DNA of 63,909 bases, counting the filler, from Perkinsus chesapeaki ATCC PRA-425 (lineage: Eukaryota; Protista; Perkinsozoa): NCBI GenBank assembly GCA_013115145.1. It is 9 parts of 9 records of this genome, joined end to end, with 100 filler letters (N's around TTAATTAATTAA, not from the genome) between each part and the next. Parts side by side here need not be neighbours in the genome. Positions count along the whole stretch, not along the records: positions 10,276 to 39,246 come from JAAPAO010000461.1; 8 more parts are not named here. One strand, given 5' to 3'. The notes beneath the pieces were generated by a model, which was not told where the DNA came from, made no database searches, and worked only from the letters and a program-made list of their open reading frames with translations. Both the position numbers and the translations under genes were made by a program. Positions 25,601 to 37,415 of the stretch are shown here, piece after piece. How positions within the stretch are numbered: the first letter of the stretch is position 1; every line of letters starts with the position of its first letter.

Positions 25601-25790
25601 AGGAGAAAATCCGAGTAGCACGATTGGAAATATTCGACGAAGTGGAGGAATGGCAGCTGATGATGTAGGTTCTGGTGCCAGCTCTCAGTCTCAGTGCCAT
25701 TTCAGGCGTCACTACTTCCTTCTCATTGGAAGCATCACAAAGGACGTATCATTCAAGTGTCCGGAAAAGCCTATTCATACCAGTTTCTAG
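22625..25790 (+). CDS. LCMT1: Leucine carboxyl methyltransferase 1 (PP2A methyltransferase; LCMT1/PPM1), many exons; 5' exons uncertain
   Basis: IQRTADEAAESKWSA / RQPVINRGYFARV / IVSLGSGLDTTYW / YLELDMPEVV / CCDLR / PTMFIAECVL-VYMPP / YEQCSPDDPFGKVMMENLKARGCPL / YPTIESQRQRY / LEIFDEVEEWQLMM-RHYF. Stop at 25788-25790. Confidence 0.92.
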
Positions 25791-26698
25791 TGGCATAACT
25801 GTGTTGTGTATTTTGTAACATTGTTACTCACATGTGACCGACATGCCTAGGTAGATTAAGATGCGTTTCCGCCGTCAGGGCGGGCAACGGTATTCTGAAC
25901 AATCATCCTTCTGTGGTTCAGAAACATCTTTAAAATAGAACTCACAACTCATCACATCGGATTATGTGAAATGTTGGCTTAGCGATCAATTCCTGATCAG
26001 TCTTTGATCAGGGGAGGTCCTAATATGCCACTAGTCATATGAGGAATGACTAATACTGATATACCTACAAGCCTCTGAACACCACGTCATTCGAGGCCTT
26101 GTCGTCTTGATGCAGGATGAGGGTTTTCCTCACAAAATCGTAGGTTAGGGCCTTTCCTTCCATCCAAAAGTACTCCTTAGATGACTCAGTCTTATTGTCC
26201 ATATACCTCAAAAGCTTGTCCAGGCTCTTACCACTATTTTTCACAACTGATATGAGAAAAGGGTACTTCGTCCCAATGAGGTCAAACTCGACCTCGGCAG
26301 GTTCTTTCCCATCGGGCCTATGGCATCGGCAACAAGGGTAAGGGTCTTCGTGACATGGGCAAAGTCCTTAGCGCTCACATCAAGCGTCATTCTTATGCCG
26401 GTTGAGGTAACAAAAGTATAATGCCCCAAGGAGAGATAGCAGGACTCGTAATTCAATATGAAGCTAGAGCGGGGGCTTCTTAGAGTCCTGAAGACCCATT
26501 CGTCGGCAGCCCCTCCATCGATAGATCCATTTTACTTACCAAACCGCTCAATGTTCATGGTGTCAAAATTTCTATCACATTCCGATGAGTAAATATACCC
26601 CCTGCCCTCGAAGTTCGAGGCTAGAGATGAAGCTTGTGGTCTCGCACCTTGGGAGCCATTGTGTTTTTTGGTAGTTGTACACAGGCCCTTGGTTGCGT

Positions 26699-27157
26699 AA
26701 GTGAATTCCGCTAGGAGGAGTAAGATCTCTTGAGACTAGCTACATTCGTTTTTGGTAAACCCTACAGTGACAATGACAGTATAGGTATCAAACTCTCGCT
26801 CTGAAGCTGCACATGGAATGGATAGTCTAACTAAGCCAATTTTCGGCGTTGGACTATAAACTCACGCACGCACACACATATTCTCTAACGAACTCCCAGT
26901 TCATCTACGGCGACGATTCTCCGCATTATGATCACATTTCTGTGAGGCAGCTAGATAACTCTTTGTATCGACAGCGGCCCTCAATCGCGCAAGTCAATTC
27001 TGCTAGGAGGAGTAGGATCTCTCAACACCAGTTACATTCTCCTGGGTGAACCATACAGTGACAAAAACAGTATAAGTATTAAACTCTCCCGGCAGTTGTA
27101 CATAGAATGGATAGTCGAACTATGCCATTTGCGGCGTTGGACTATAAACACACACAT
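26699..27157 (-). repeat. Tandem ~170-bp exon-like duplication (offset 292 bp) in a decayed hypothetical gene
   Basis: 26699-26879 and 26991-27157 are clearly alignable; one copy has a stop and the other a frameshift. Confidence 0.75.
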
Positions 27158-27496
27158 CGGCCTATCGCGATAATAGGAAGTATGTCAGCCACACAGTCAA
27201 AGCTCAATGATGCGTTTTCATGGTGTCAGATGGCTGCCAGCCTGGTAGTGCCAGGTGTACCGATATGAATAACATCATTGACTTTAGGATTTGGTTATCC
27301 CGAACTTCTTATTCACGAACTGGAAAACGCAACAGTACTCTCAACGAATATGTCTGCTAACTGACTAGGTAGAAGATACGAAATGGGGGCGAATGATTTA
27401 AGATGTTTTCAGACCCCTTTCTTATCCATAACATTGAAAATTTATACCATTGAATCTTCATCCATGCCGCTAGAGTAGCATACTTTCTCTCATGAG

Positions 27497-27898
27497 CTAA
27501 AGTAAGCGACAATGGCCCCTCTTTAGGTGTTGACTGTATCCTCTGAAAGCTGTCCCTATAGTGTTATCGGCCGCATTATAGACGAAGAAGTCCATGGTAT
27601 CGTTGGCATCCTTAATATTGCACTTCTTTTTGAAGTCCTCCAAAAAAAGTATGTGATCAGGTTTACTCCTATCATTGATATGATATGGACCCGTACCAGT
27701 GATTTCTAATACATTTGATGTGACCTCATTCTTCGTCTTTGCTATGCATTGAACAACCTCTCTGACTCGAAGAACTGGATTCAACCAACAAACCTCAATG
27801 CAGAGTATGTTACTTATTTTGCCATAATATCTGCCAGCCGGAGCAGCACTCGAGTACCAAATAATGATAACGGATAAGATGTATACCAAGGCGATCAT
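27497..27898 (-). CDS. Small intronless putative secreted protein (133 aa)
   Basis: Signal peptide MIALVYILSVIIIWYSSA, then PAGRYYG and several Cys. Confidence 0.7.
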   Translation of the reverse strand: MIALVYILSVIIIWYSSAAPAGRYYGKISNILCIEVCWLNPVLRVREVVQCIAKTKNEVTSNVLEITGTGPYHINDRSKPDHILFLEDFKKKCNIKDANDTMDFFVYNAADNTIGTAFRGYSQHLKRGHCRLL

Positions 27899-29099
27899 GT
27901 TAGGTGTATAGTGTTAGGTGTATAGCCTTCAACTAAAAACAGGGTCATTCGCGGGAGTATGTAAAAATGGAACGAACCATCATTCACTAGCACCCAAAGT
28001 TCAAGTGACAAACGGCCTACTAGTCGGCAGAAAGGCTAAGCTTGGTGAGCTTGGAAGCGAGCGATGGCAGAAGCTATGACGATAGCTAATTTTGGATATT
28101 GGCATGCATATAACAAAGAGTTGCTGATTGGCCTAAAGTCTATGCTTTAGTCTACGGATTTACTCGAAGCAGCTTATGAAACCTCTGACTACGGGGACTG
28201 GGAGGTAGGGACGTGCCGGCGGTGTACCTGGCAGACGATGATGTGCCTAGGATACAGGACCTGGCTGCGGAGACAATGGTCTCGCAGACATGGAACCGCC
28301 GGAGCGGAGCGCTGGACGCGCGAGCCTGTTTGCACCCAGTGATACAGAGCGTCCAGCTTCTGGCCGTCGGAAAGGGGTCTTTCCTTGAGGGCGAGAAGCT
28401 CTCCCGCAGTCTCGGTTGAGGGGGTGCGGTGCAGCGGCATGCCCCGTGGCGGGTGCACTGTCCCGTCACACAATTGTCGGATGGCTACGTAGCTAAAGCC
28501 TCTCCCCCATATTTCATTCTCCTGTTCTTACTCTTTCTTTTTCCCTTGGTTATCGTCTACTCTTATTGTTGAGTAGACTCAGTGCACGGGTTACACCGAG
28601 AAACTAAGGTGACGGCAAACCCGCGCGTAGCGGTTAAGAATCATTATGCGAGAAGTGAACATGAAGGAAACTGAGAGAAGGCTGGGGAGGGGCAGGCTCA
28701 CATGGTGGTAGAACCGCTTCCTCCGCCAGCGCGAAAGTGTACTTGGAGCGCCGATATGACCCGAGCAAAATTCAAGCTGAAAAGGCGCGGGATAACTAGC
28801 TTGATAAAGTGCTGCAGCTGTTTGTGTCACTGTCCCCTGACGCGAAGGTTTCAACTTCAGTAAAACGGCCAGTCTTCCTTGCGCAAGAAATGTAACTGAT
28901 GGAGGTGAAGAGTCTCAACGACTTGAACGTCATACGTCTACCACCATGGGCCATGATCCATTTGAAGCCCAAATCGAAATGCACTGCCAGAACACAGGTG
29001 GCCTGAGATGGGGCTGAGATGGGATTTAATGCACTAAGTTTTTTTACAACGGATTTGAACTCTTTAATGCTTTAGGAGCTTAAAACTGAAGAGCTTACC

Positions 29100-29186
29100 G
29101 TCTGGGATGACTGCGACCCAAAAATATGGCACTTCAAAAATTTGCGCACATGGTCGCAGGTTCGAATCCCGGCTAAGACATTTTTT
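29100..29186 (+). ncRNA. Degenerate tRNA-like element with T6 terminator
   Basis: GTCTGGG pairs 6/7 with CTAAGAC; GGTCGCAGGTTCGAATCCC B-box; TTTTTT follows the discriminator-like A. Confidence 0.5.
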
Positions 29187-30253
29187 AGAAAAAACCCAAT
29201 CTCAATGGTCAAAAGACCCCACCGCTGGCTCCTTTAGTACCATAGAGCCATAGTAGGTACCCCAAAAAGTTACCAGAAAGGGACCGAGGAAAAAACTCGA
29301 GTTATCGGCTGTGAGGCATTCTGTTTTCCGCTCCTAGGAGCTGAAAATGCACAAGCAGGTGAAGTAACCTGTGTGGTGTTGATAGGATTACATATTACCT
29401 TATAATCTAGGTATCTAATCTAATCATTAAATAATCCGACTTGTAAGCCTGGTGCAAGCACTGATGCTTATTAAATTACTATCGCAGTAACAGACAGAGC
29501 GGTTGAAGTGAGAAGAATCATTCTTCCCTTCCCAAGCGTCCAACCAAATCACCCTAAGGGGACAGGGCCTGCGACACTCAGGAGGGTCCGTCGCTCGCTG
29601 TGCCGGTAACGGCATTTGTGCGATTGCTGGGTTATACAACTTATTCCTGTGGTGATGCTATTCTGTGACAGCATTTCTGTCCTGAATTCTGTGTTGTTTT
29701 CCGCGCTCATTTGTCTCTCACAATCGTGTGCTAGGATTCCTGGCGTCCAGCTAGTGGACTCGGTCCATAACTCATGAGTAGTAAGTATCCGGTGACCGGT
29801 CACACGTTCACAACGGAGAGTCTCACTGTTAGAGTTGGTGAGTCACCAATGGTGACCCTTCTTCATCATTTTTCTGGGCCCACTACCCTTGAGGTTGTTG
29901 GATGGAGGAGCATCGGGATTGTACGCTACCGCTCGCTCCACTGCACATGCGTGCACAGCTAATTCCCTTTGTGAGAGGAAGCTAAGCAAGAAGAAGCCTT
30001 TGTTGAGTCCCTTCTCGCTTTGGGTCCGTCTACATGAGATGGGAACAGTTTCGTAAAATTCTTCAGTTTGTTTTCCGTGACTTCACCTTTGCGTAGCAAA
30101 CGGTGGCCAGTCCGCGCATAAATAGTCAGGATCTGACTGATAGCTACCTATCTGGTAGCTGATAGTTGTTCTTTTGTGCTGGTCGATGCGGTCGAGTCGG
30201 AGTCTTCTTTTAATCCCGCACAACTCTCTTAGAACTCCCGTTAAATCCTTTTG

Positions 30254-30636
30254 ATGGGCCTCGTCTACCTCTGGTTACATGGCGTAGTTGTACTGATGTT
30301 ATCTCTGCAGGCCAAGGCAGGGATTATTGTTGGGACATTTATACCACTCGGGAAAGGGTCCTATATATAGATGTGAGCATGTCGTTCCACGAGGATGGTA
30401 CTGCTCATCTGACGAGGACTATCTCGGACAGGGAGTCCCGTTACAAATGCAAGTATACGGCCGAACCTGCGGGGAAGTTTATTCAAGTGGAGATGAGTGG
30501 TTATGACTGCGAGATGTTGGTCAAAGGCTCAGGAAGCATTCTGGATGATAAGTCCCTCAAGCCTATTCTCACTTCGGACAAGACTTATCTAACCTTTTAT
30601 CAGGGGAAGACACGCCTCACTTATAAGTTGGAGTAA
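30254..30636 (+). pseudogene. Frameshifted paralog of the secreted protein at 34570-34965
   Basis: MGLVYLWLHGVVVLMLSLQAKAG..GKGSYI, a frame change at a TA run (~30362-30370), then IDVSMSFHEDGTAHLTRT..RYKCKYT..DKTYLTFYQG. Confidence 0.75.
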
Positions 30637-31541
30637 TCTCTCACAGTCTGTCCATGCGCTGACAGTAATGGGGTAGCCGAAGCGCCTGAGATTGACGTTT
30701 GATGACCAAACTTTGGTTCCGATTACCCCACGCCCGATATACTCCACTCATGATAAACTTTCTACACGGGGAGGGCCCGCATGACTCTGGTCCCTCTAGC
30801 ACAAGTGTTGGTGTCACTGTGTCGAGCAGCCTGTCGGCTTTTGCAATAGGGCTATGCAACTTTATAGTCTGCTGAATTCCACACTATTGTGTTCATTAAT
30901 CATCTGTTGCAACTCATACTCACATTGCTGGAATGGAATCTAACCTCAATCGGTAGCAAGTGGCGACCCGTAACTGAGACTCGTAACCGTCACAAAGCAC
31001 CTTGTTTGCCCCGAGGGGCTCGCTGCGTTATCTGGAATGAAGGGTTTCAAGCCTTTCCGGAAGTTAAGTTATGTCTCCGGATGTCCAGAGAGGCCTTCAA
31101 TACGACAAAGGTGTGAAGAACGTCATTGGCTAGCTTTATCAACGCTTGTAGGCCGCTATCCAGCAGGAACATCAGTCTCTAGAGGGATGGCTCGAAGGTA
31201 TCACTGAATCGTTATTGCGACCCACCCAGCGTAACAGACTAGATTTACTCGAACTGAGACAAACTCTCAGACGATGTTCTCAAGAGGAGTATGTGCACAG
31301 AAATTTCTTATTCTCCGTTTCCCTAGTGTTTTGAGATAAAACTGGTCCGGTGACAAATCCTGGGGCTATTGGGTGGCTCGTTGATCATACATGGTTTTCC
31401 CAATGCCGTATGTTTAGAGTCCTTCAACGTTAGCACATCAGCACAGCGGGACCCTGCGGAGGTCGATGACACCCATGTCGCAGATAGGGTGAGCTTTGCT
31501 ATAGCATACACATTATCAGCAGTCATCAGGTAATCTCTCGA

Positions 31542-32188
31542 GCCGTGTATTACGTCGCAGTCGGCCGACAGTCAGATGCCTGCATCATATCCTCGATGCG
31601 CTTCCCGTCGTAGGCGTAACTATGCTGATGTCGGGCTTAAGGCGCGCACTATCGAGGTTCGACAAGAGCCATGTTGAAGCCACCTTCCGAAAGGTTGTTT
31701 CTGACCTCCTAAGCGTGACGTACCGCAGAATCAAACCCATGCAGAAAAACAAACTGACCTTGAGTGGGACAGTAACATTTGACATAATAAAAGGGGCTCA
31801 TTCGTGTCAGCGCGAGACGGTTGTGTCGTTTATTTCACATGTTTTGAGACTGATGGGCTTGTCTACTTCACGACTGTGTCTGAGGGTGTGACGCAGTTGG
31901 AGGCGTTTGATTTCCTACAGGATGTTTACTCGATGACAACAAAGGTAAGATCCTCTGACGCGAATGCACTAATAAGTTTGGGTATGTTAGGGAGACCAAC
32001 CATCCGATTCATCCGAGTGGGATCGGAAGCTACTCAGTGCATGGCGGAGGCATCGATCACGAATGGCTGTTGTTGCACATGCTACTCACAGTGAAGCTTG
32101 CTAGGAGTGTCACACGATGATGGTACGCATGACGGCACAGTGTTGCGTTAGCGGCATTGACGCTATCAACGCTGTCGCGAGGCAGACT
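31542..32188 (+). CDS. Longin-domain (VAMP7/Sec22-like R-SNARE) gene fragment
   Basis: Spliced in frame: AVYYVAVGRQSDACIISSMRFPS / FDKSHVEATFRKVV..KNKLTL / TRDGCVVYFTCFETDGLVYFTTVSEGVTQLEAFDFLQDVY. A later exon ECHTMMVRM..DAINAVARQT resembles the start of a SNARE coil. Start and 3' exons were not found. Confidence 0.55.
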
Positions 32189-32611
32189 GTGTATACTGTA
32201 TCCCGATCAATTACACGGAGTTCAACCAGGCTACAAGGGTTGGAGCCTAGGCCATAATTTTGACATCACTTCATAAGCAAAGAGGCGGAAAGACATAGAT
32301 ACTTCACGGCATTTAGGTATCCGCGGACTACCTTGATCGTGCATGGAGGTCCCCTGAAGACCATCCCCGACTAATCCAGTAGCCTTTAAATCCTTGTAGC
32401 ACACCCTTAAGACGGGAAACTTGGTATTATGGCTATCATATGAGTGGGATACATTCCACTACAAACACCTCCGCCAACCGTGGGTTCGCTCCCGTCTCGA
32501 AACGCATGCGATTGCTATTACGACAGGCGGCCCTCGCTACACTCATTCCCACACAGGACGCAAGTTGCATCACTGCGCATCCAAAACAAATCTCAAGGCT
32601 CTGACAACTAA

Positions 32612-33793
32612 ACCCCGTTACAAAATTATAGAACGTTTCGCATTTCTCGCGAATCTTTGCGCGCTAGAGGTTTGTAACACATCAGCATCCTTACTATGTC
32701 GCATGTGAGGAGTACGATGCGATTCTTGATGGATTTTTCCGTTATATGAGGCTCCGTAACGATATGTGAGCGAATAGTATTGTGAAACGAATTATATAAG
32801 TTTTCTTCATGCAGTCGGTCCCCACCGTGAGTCCGATTGGTCATTGGGAATAGCAGAGGACTTCGGAAATAGGAATAGTTGGAGTTGTAGCCTTTTTGAC
32901 CATGTAGAGACAATTTGGAATAAATTAGTGCGGAACCAGCCTGCGCCTTATTGTCCTGAATCGTCTTATCAGTAAGAAAATGGAGCTGTGCCGATACCGC
33001 TCGGCTTAGCTGACAATGTGGCGATGGGATTTCAGTTATAACTCGTTTCGGTTATAGAAAAATCTGTCAATATAATCAGCGCGTCTGAAATTAGCACGCA
33101 AACACACCCTAGCGCGGCCGACTAAGACTCGCGCGCCATCTTTTCGCTGAAATCCCAATAATGTGACTTATCTTGTGACCTATTAAGCTGCAGTCATCAT
33201 GTACACTGAGCGAGCTGTGGAATATATCGGGAACTGACGTCGTATAAGAACCGTCCAGCGAATAAGGGCCACTAATAATCTCCACTGTTAGCGGAAGTTT
33301 GCATTAAAATGATTATTGAAGGCTTCATTTTTCATTCTACATGCCTTATATGAGTTAGTATAGACGTAAGCTGGAACTAGATAATATAGAATTTTTAAGC
33401 AGCCTGTTCTAAGCTTTTTTTTCACCAAATCCTGCGTTTTCATAAGCCCGTCTATAAGGAGTCTAATTTCGCTTGCAAATGAGCCAAGTGCAATTTGAAA
33501 ATGGCCAGGTTGTAAAAGGAGGTCTGGAATATATGAGTTATAACTATCCTAGGCTTTTCAAATGATTTTGAAACGGTTTCGAGCCCAAACCCGGAAGGTT
33601 CTATAATTTTGTAACCGCGCAATTTCCGGCAGTTTCACGGAAAATTACTGGGCGAGCGAGAAATACCTCGCTGGCACATCTGTCAGGATTTATACACTCT
33701 AGAGGCTTAACTGTCAAAGAAACATCAACAAACTCCTTAAATTGAAGGAAATATTCGAAAATTATGTGATGTTCTATTATTTTGTAACGGGGT
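32612..33793. mobile_element. Non-autonomous DNA transposon with 23-bp TIRs and TTAA-type target duplication
   Basis: Left ACCCCGTTACAAAATTATAGAAC (32612-32634) and right GTTCTATTATTTTGTAACGGGGT (33771-33793) match 22/23 as inverted repeats. Flanks are CTAA and TTAA. An internal TIR copy lies at ~33598-33618. No long ORF. Confidence 0.8.
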
Positions 33794-34569
33794 TTAATTC
33801 CCTCCAAGCTGCGCATGGTTGCATTCCATGGTAGCAGTGCTCCCGCCGTGGGTTTCGTTTGGTTTCCTAGAAGGAAGGTAGCAACACGACAGACGAGTTA
33901 CAGGGAGGTCTGTGGGAGCGAGCATTTTAAGGATTCCGCTCAAGCGGGAAGCCTCCTATCTATAACTTAAATTAATTGGAGGATTAAACCTGGTTCTAAA
34001 CCGAGTCTTCCCAGTGACAATTCTAACACTTCGGGGATGTTTTTGTTACTTATTAGGAAATGGGGGAAATAACGATTAATGCGAGCACAGATATCAGGCA
34101 CAGCGCCTACAACTACCCGAACTATGAATGATTACAGAGTGTTCTTATACACGAAAGCGCTTCGCCTAAGCTCAGCACAGGGCGGCCACGGAGCGGCGCA
34201 TCGCGCCTGTGGGCGAGGGGCCTTGCTCGCGGAAAGCGGGGTCTCGAATGCACAAGCCATCAACAAACAGATAACAACAAAAGAAAGACCACTGACGACT
34301 GAACGCGGTCGTTAGAATTCCTGAGGTCAGACTCGCTATCTCGAGGTCTTCAACAAACAGGATCGCAAGGGGTAGACAGCAGGCGCAGGGCCGCACACTG
34401 CGCGGGGCGCAAAAGCCGGCTGCTGCCCCAGACACTGCACAGGCGGCAGGTGAGTGAAAGATGCGTGGAACCAATGATCGATTTCGCTTGATAGTCGAGT
34501 TCCGGGCTCCATCGACGGGTTCTACGATCCTGAAAATAGTTCTTACGCCGGTACCCCAGTTGAATCCCA

Positions 34570-34965
34570 ATGGCCAGCGTGATTATGCTCTTCCTACATG
34601 CCGTAGCCATGGTTCTCTTCTCCTTGCAGGCTAGAGCAGCTCCTTTCCGTGCTTCATTTTTTCCACGGGCGAGGGGAGACTACTACATAAACGACTACAT
34701 ATCCTTTCAGGTTGATGGCACTGTCGAACTGGCGAGGACAGATGCCGGTGGTGTAAGGCGGCGCTACAAGTGCGGGTATACCACCAAACCAACGAGAACG
34801 TTTATCCAGGTCCAGATCACTGGGAGTGAATGTGATGAGTTGGTTAAATACGCGAGAGGGGTTCTTGATAATCGAGCTCTTGAGCCGAGGCTAACATTAG
34901 ACAAGAGATATCTGACCTTCTATCAGGGTGAAGAAACCCTCACTTATCAGGCGATAGAGAGATAG
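34570..34965 (+). CDS. Small intronless putative secreted protein (131 aa)
   Basis: Signal peptide ending SLQARA; paralog of 30254-30636. Confidence 0.8.
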   Translation: MASVIMLFLHAVAMVLFSLQARAAPFRASFFPRARGDYYINDYISFQVDGTVELARTDAGGVRRRYKCGYTTKPTRTFIQVQITGSECDELVKYARGVLDNRALEPRLTLDKRYLTFYQGEETLTYQAIER

Positions 34966-35491
34966 TCATTTATGCAGTCATCCAATTGCACCAGTCAGTC
35001 GAGTTTAGTCTGTTACACTTTTTCGACCAAAATTATTTTATTGTCTGTTCTGTCGTAACCTCAAGCATTAGGTCAACTCTCGCAGCATCGCTGTCCACCT
35101 TAAATCTGTAAATACAGCCACATTGTAGTGTTCGTTAATCATCGGTTGCAATCAGTGTTTGATTTTTTTTCTCAGCCCAACACTTCTCTAGAGAAGCACG
35201 GTTTATCAAGCTGGCTCTCCGCAGCCGGATCAGTAAGAGTTCGAGTCAATATGTGTATTTATTCGTCTGCAGCCCCAAACCAATCTAGAGCTTCTCGCTT
35301 CTCTGAACTTCTGAAGACAATCACAGATAATAGGCCGGCTCTCAGGCAATGATGAGGTCCATAATGTGGGGCTAATTGAGGACTGGTAACGCTACACATC
35401 AATGCGCCATTGCTACTTGACACGTACAACGATATAAATCAATAATGATACGTAAAAGCTACAATACCAGTTAACGGATGAGATACCGAAA

Positions 35492-36010
35492 TCACTCTTC
35501 TTTGCATTCGTCTTGGTCTGGCTTCACTTGAACGCTCTTACGGTTCCGTAGAATAGCCATTCGGGAAATCAAAGCTTCAATATCAGTATCTATCATTTCG
35601 ATAAGTGTCGCATCCTTCTGGTCCACATCAGGGAAAGGCAGTTCCAAATGAGCTGATGCGCGTGCAACAATCTCTGCCAACTCGGTGGATTCGGCCAGAG
35701 GCATCCTGGCGTCCTCCTGCCATTCGTTTGCCTTGGGAATTGCAATAGCCACGAATACACGAACAACGACGAAGAACTTCTCCAAGATAATACCAACGCC
35801 GAGACGGTGAACCATCGACTCGTCCAATGATGCCAAAGTTTGGCAATGAACAATAAGGAGGAAAACGTTGATAGACGCACCGAACAACACCATACTGTTG
35901 AATACGTTTGTCCAGAAGGAGCTCATCGCTTCATTTCGAGGATATGGTCGTCGGCTTGAATTTAACTTGATAGCATCGAGCCGGAACTCTACCAAATCGT
36001 TAGTTGGCAT
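35492..36010 (-). CDS. Hypothetical membrane protein with an acidic, coiled C-terminus (true start may be MSSFW at 35926)
   Basis: 172-aa ORF with two hydrophobic segments and a heptad-like C-terminus. Confidence 0.4.
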   Translation of the reverse strand: MPTNDLVEFRLDAIKLNSSRRPYPRNEAMSSFWTNVFNSMVLFGASINVFLLIVHCQTLASLDESMVHRLGVGIILEKFFVVVRVFVAIAIPKANEWQEDARMPLAESTELAEIVARASAHLELPFPDVDQKDATLIEMIDTDIEALISRMAILRNRKSVQVKPDQDECKEE

Positions 36011-37415
36011 TGCTTCGATTAAAGCTGATACTTCGCCGTGTCGTGAAAATGACTGTTACTTCTCTACGGAGACGTTCGAAGTCGATAATAAAGAAAGCCA
36101 TCCAAATGGGAGGCGCAAAGGAGTTAAATACTTCAGATATTATCTCCTTCGGTGCTTCAGAAATCATGAAATTATCATCATCAACGTGATGTTCGATCCT
36201 TGTGAGGATCACAATGCTAGCTAGTTACCTGAGGGTACCATTGCGGAGCTCCCTTCGATTCTTCATAAGTCGTTTCGAGATTCCAACTATAACTTGACTC
36301 ACAGCCTTTAAATGCTCCTTCCACAGAAAAAACGGTATACATAGATAATGTTCACAAAAGTGTGTGACTTACTTGAACTGTCCCTCTCCACTTTGCTGGA
36401 GCAGCCTAATCCGGCTCAATAATCAAGACTACATTTTAACGCCTCAATGAGAGCTTGAAAAGTGGTAGTATCGATGCGAAAACCATGTGTGTCCTATAAT
36501 TCGCATATAAAGCGGATATTCTTATGACGTTCCACTCTTCATGCTTCACCCTAGAGGATCGATTGCGTCTTCCTACGGTCAGAGCCTCGCTCCACGCACG
36601 GTGGTCGGCGCTGTGAAGTACCAGGGTAGCCGTGGCAAAAGCGTGAAAAGACCTAGGAGGGAAAGCCGTCAAAAGGTAGCTCTTAATGTTCGAGGGCCAC
36701 CAGTCGGCAAAATAGTTGGGATCTCAAACCGTGCGGAGGCAGAAGCACAGTAATGCCTGTACAAACGGCGGTTCTCCACAGCGCCCTCTCTCGGGCCCTC
36801 GCGCTTGAGCGCGAACTCCGCGCTGTGGACCCCACAGCATGGAGGCCAGACGGCATTTATCTAGGGCTTTGGCCAGGCAGTGAGCCGAGCTATGTTAGAG
36901 TTTCTAATCTCAGAGTTCTACAAGCTATGAAGGTATGGGCTTCGCTTGAAGGGAGTTCAGTGAAGCGAACCGGGTGTCCCCTGACGAAACACTCCGCTGT
37001 TTTCGCACACAGCGGAGTGACTTTGATGATCGAAGTAGCCCCTGAAACGACAGAGGTCCAGTGCTGATACTGTGGCCGGAGATCAGTCAGAGACTCGGAA
37101 GGCTTATTTGAACACCGACAATGTGTCGAACTTGTTATTTAGTTCGTCGACAGAGGGACATTGTCGGGACGTGTGTGTGCTGAGCAATGTGCCTGTCGAG
37201 TCTGGCTCAACCTAGTCATAGTGTACTGGTCCTCGGAGTAGGGCCATAAGAAAGGCCACACAGCACGTCACCCAACATTCCCAATTGCTTAAATACACGT
37301 TAGGATAGCCACTTGACTCACACACACTGGTTTGACAACGCCACGGTCACTGCCCGGGGGACAGTTACATTTCGTCCCGACGTCACGCGGCCGAAAAATG
37401 TCGCGTGAGTAACGT

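Noticed and set aside
34601-34610. CCGTAGCCAT match to the spliced-leader 5' part (approximate position)
   Set aside because: Only 10 nt, and it lies inside a signal-peptide coding sequence
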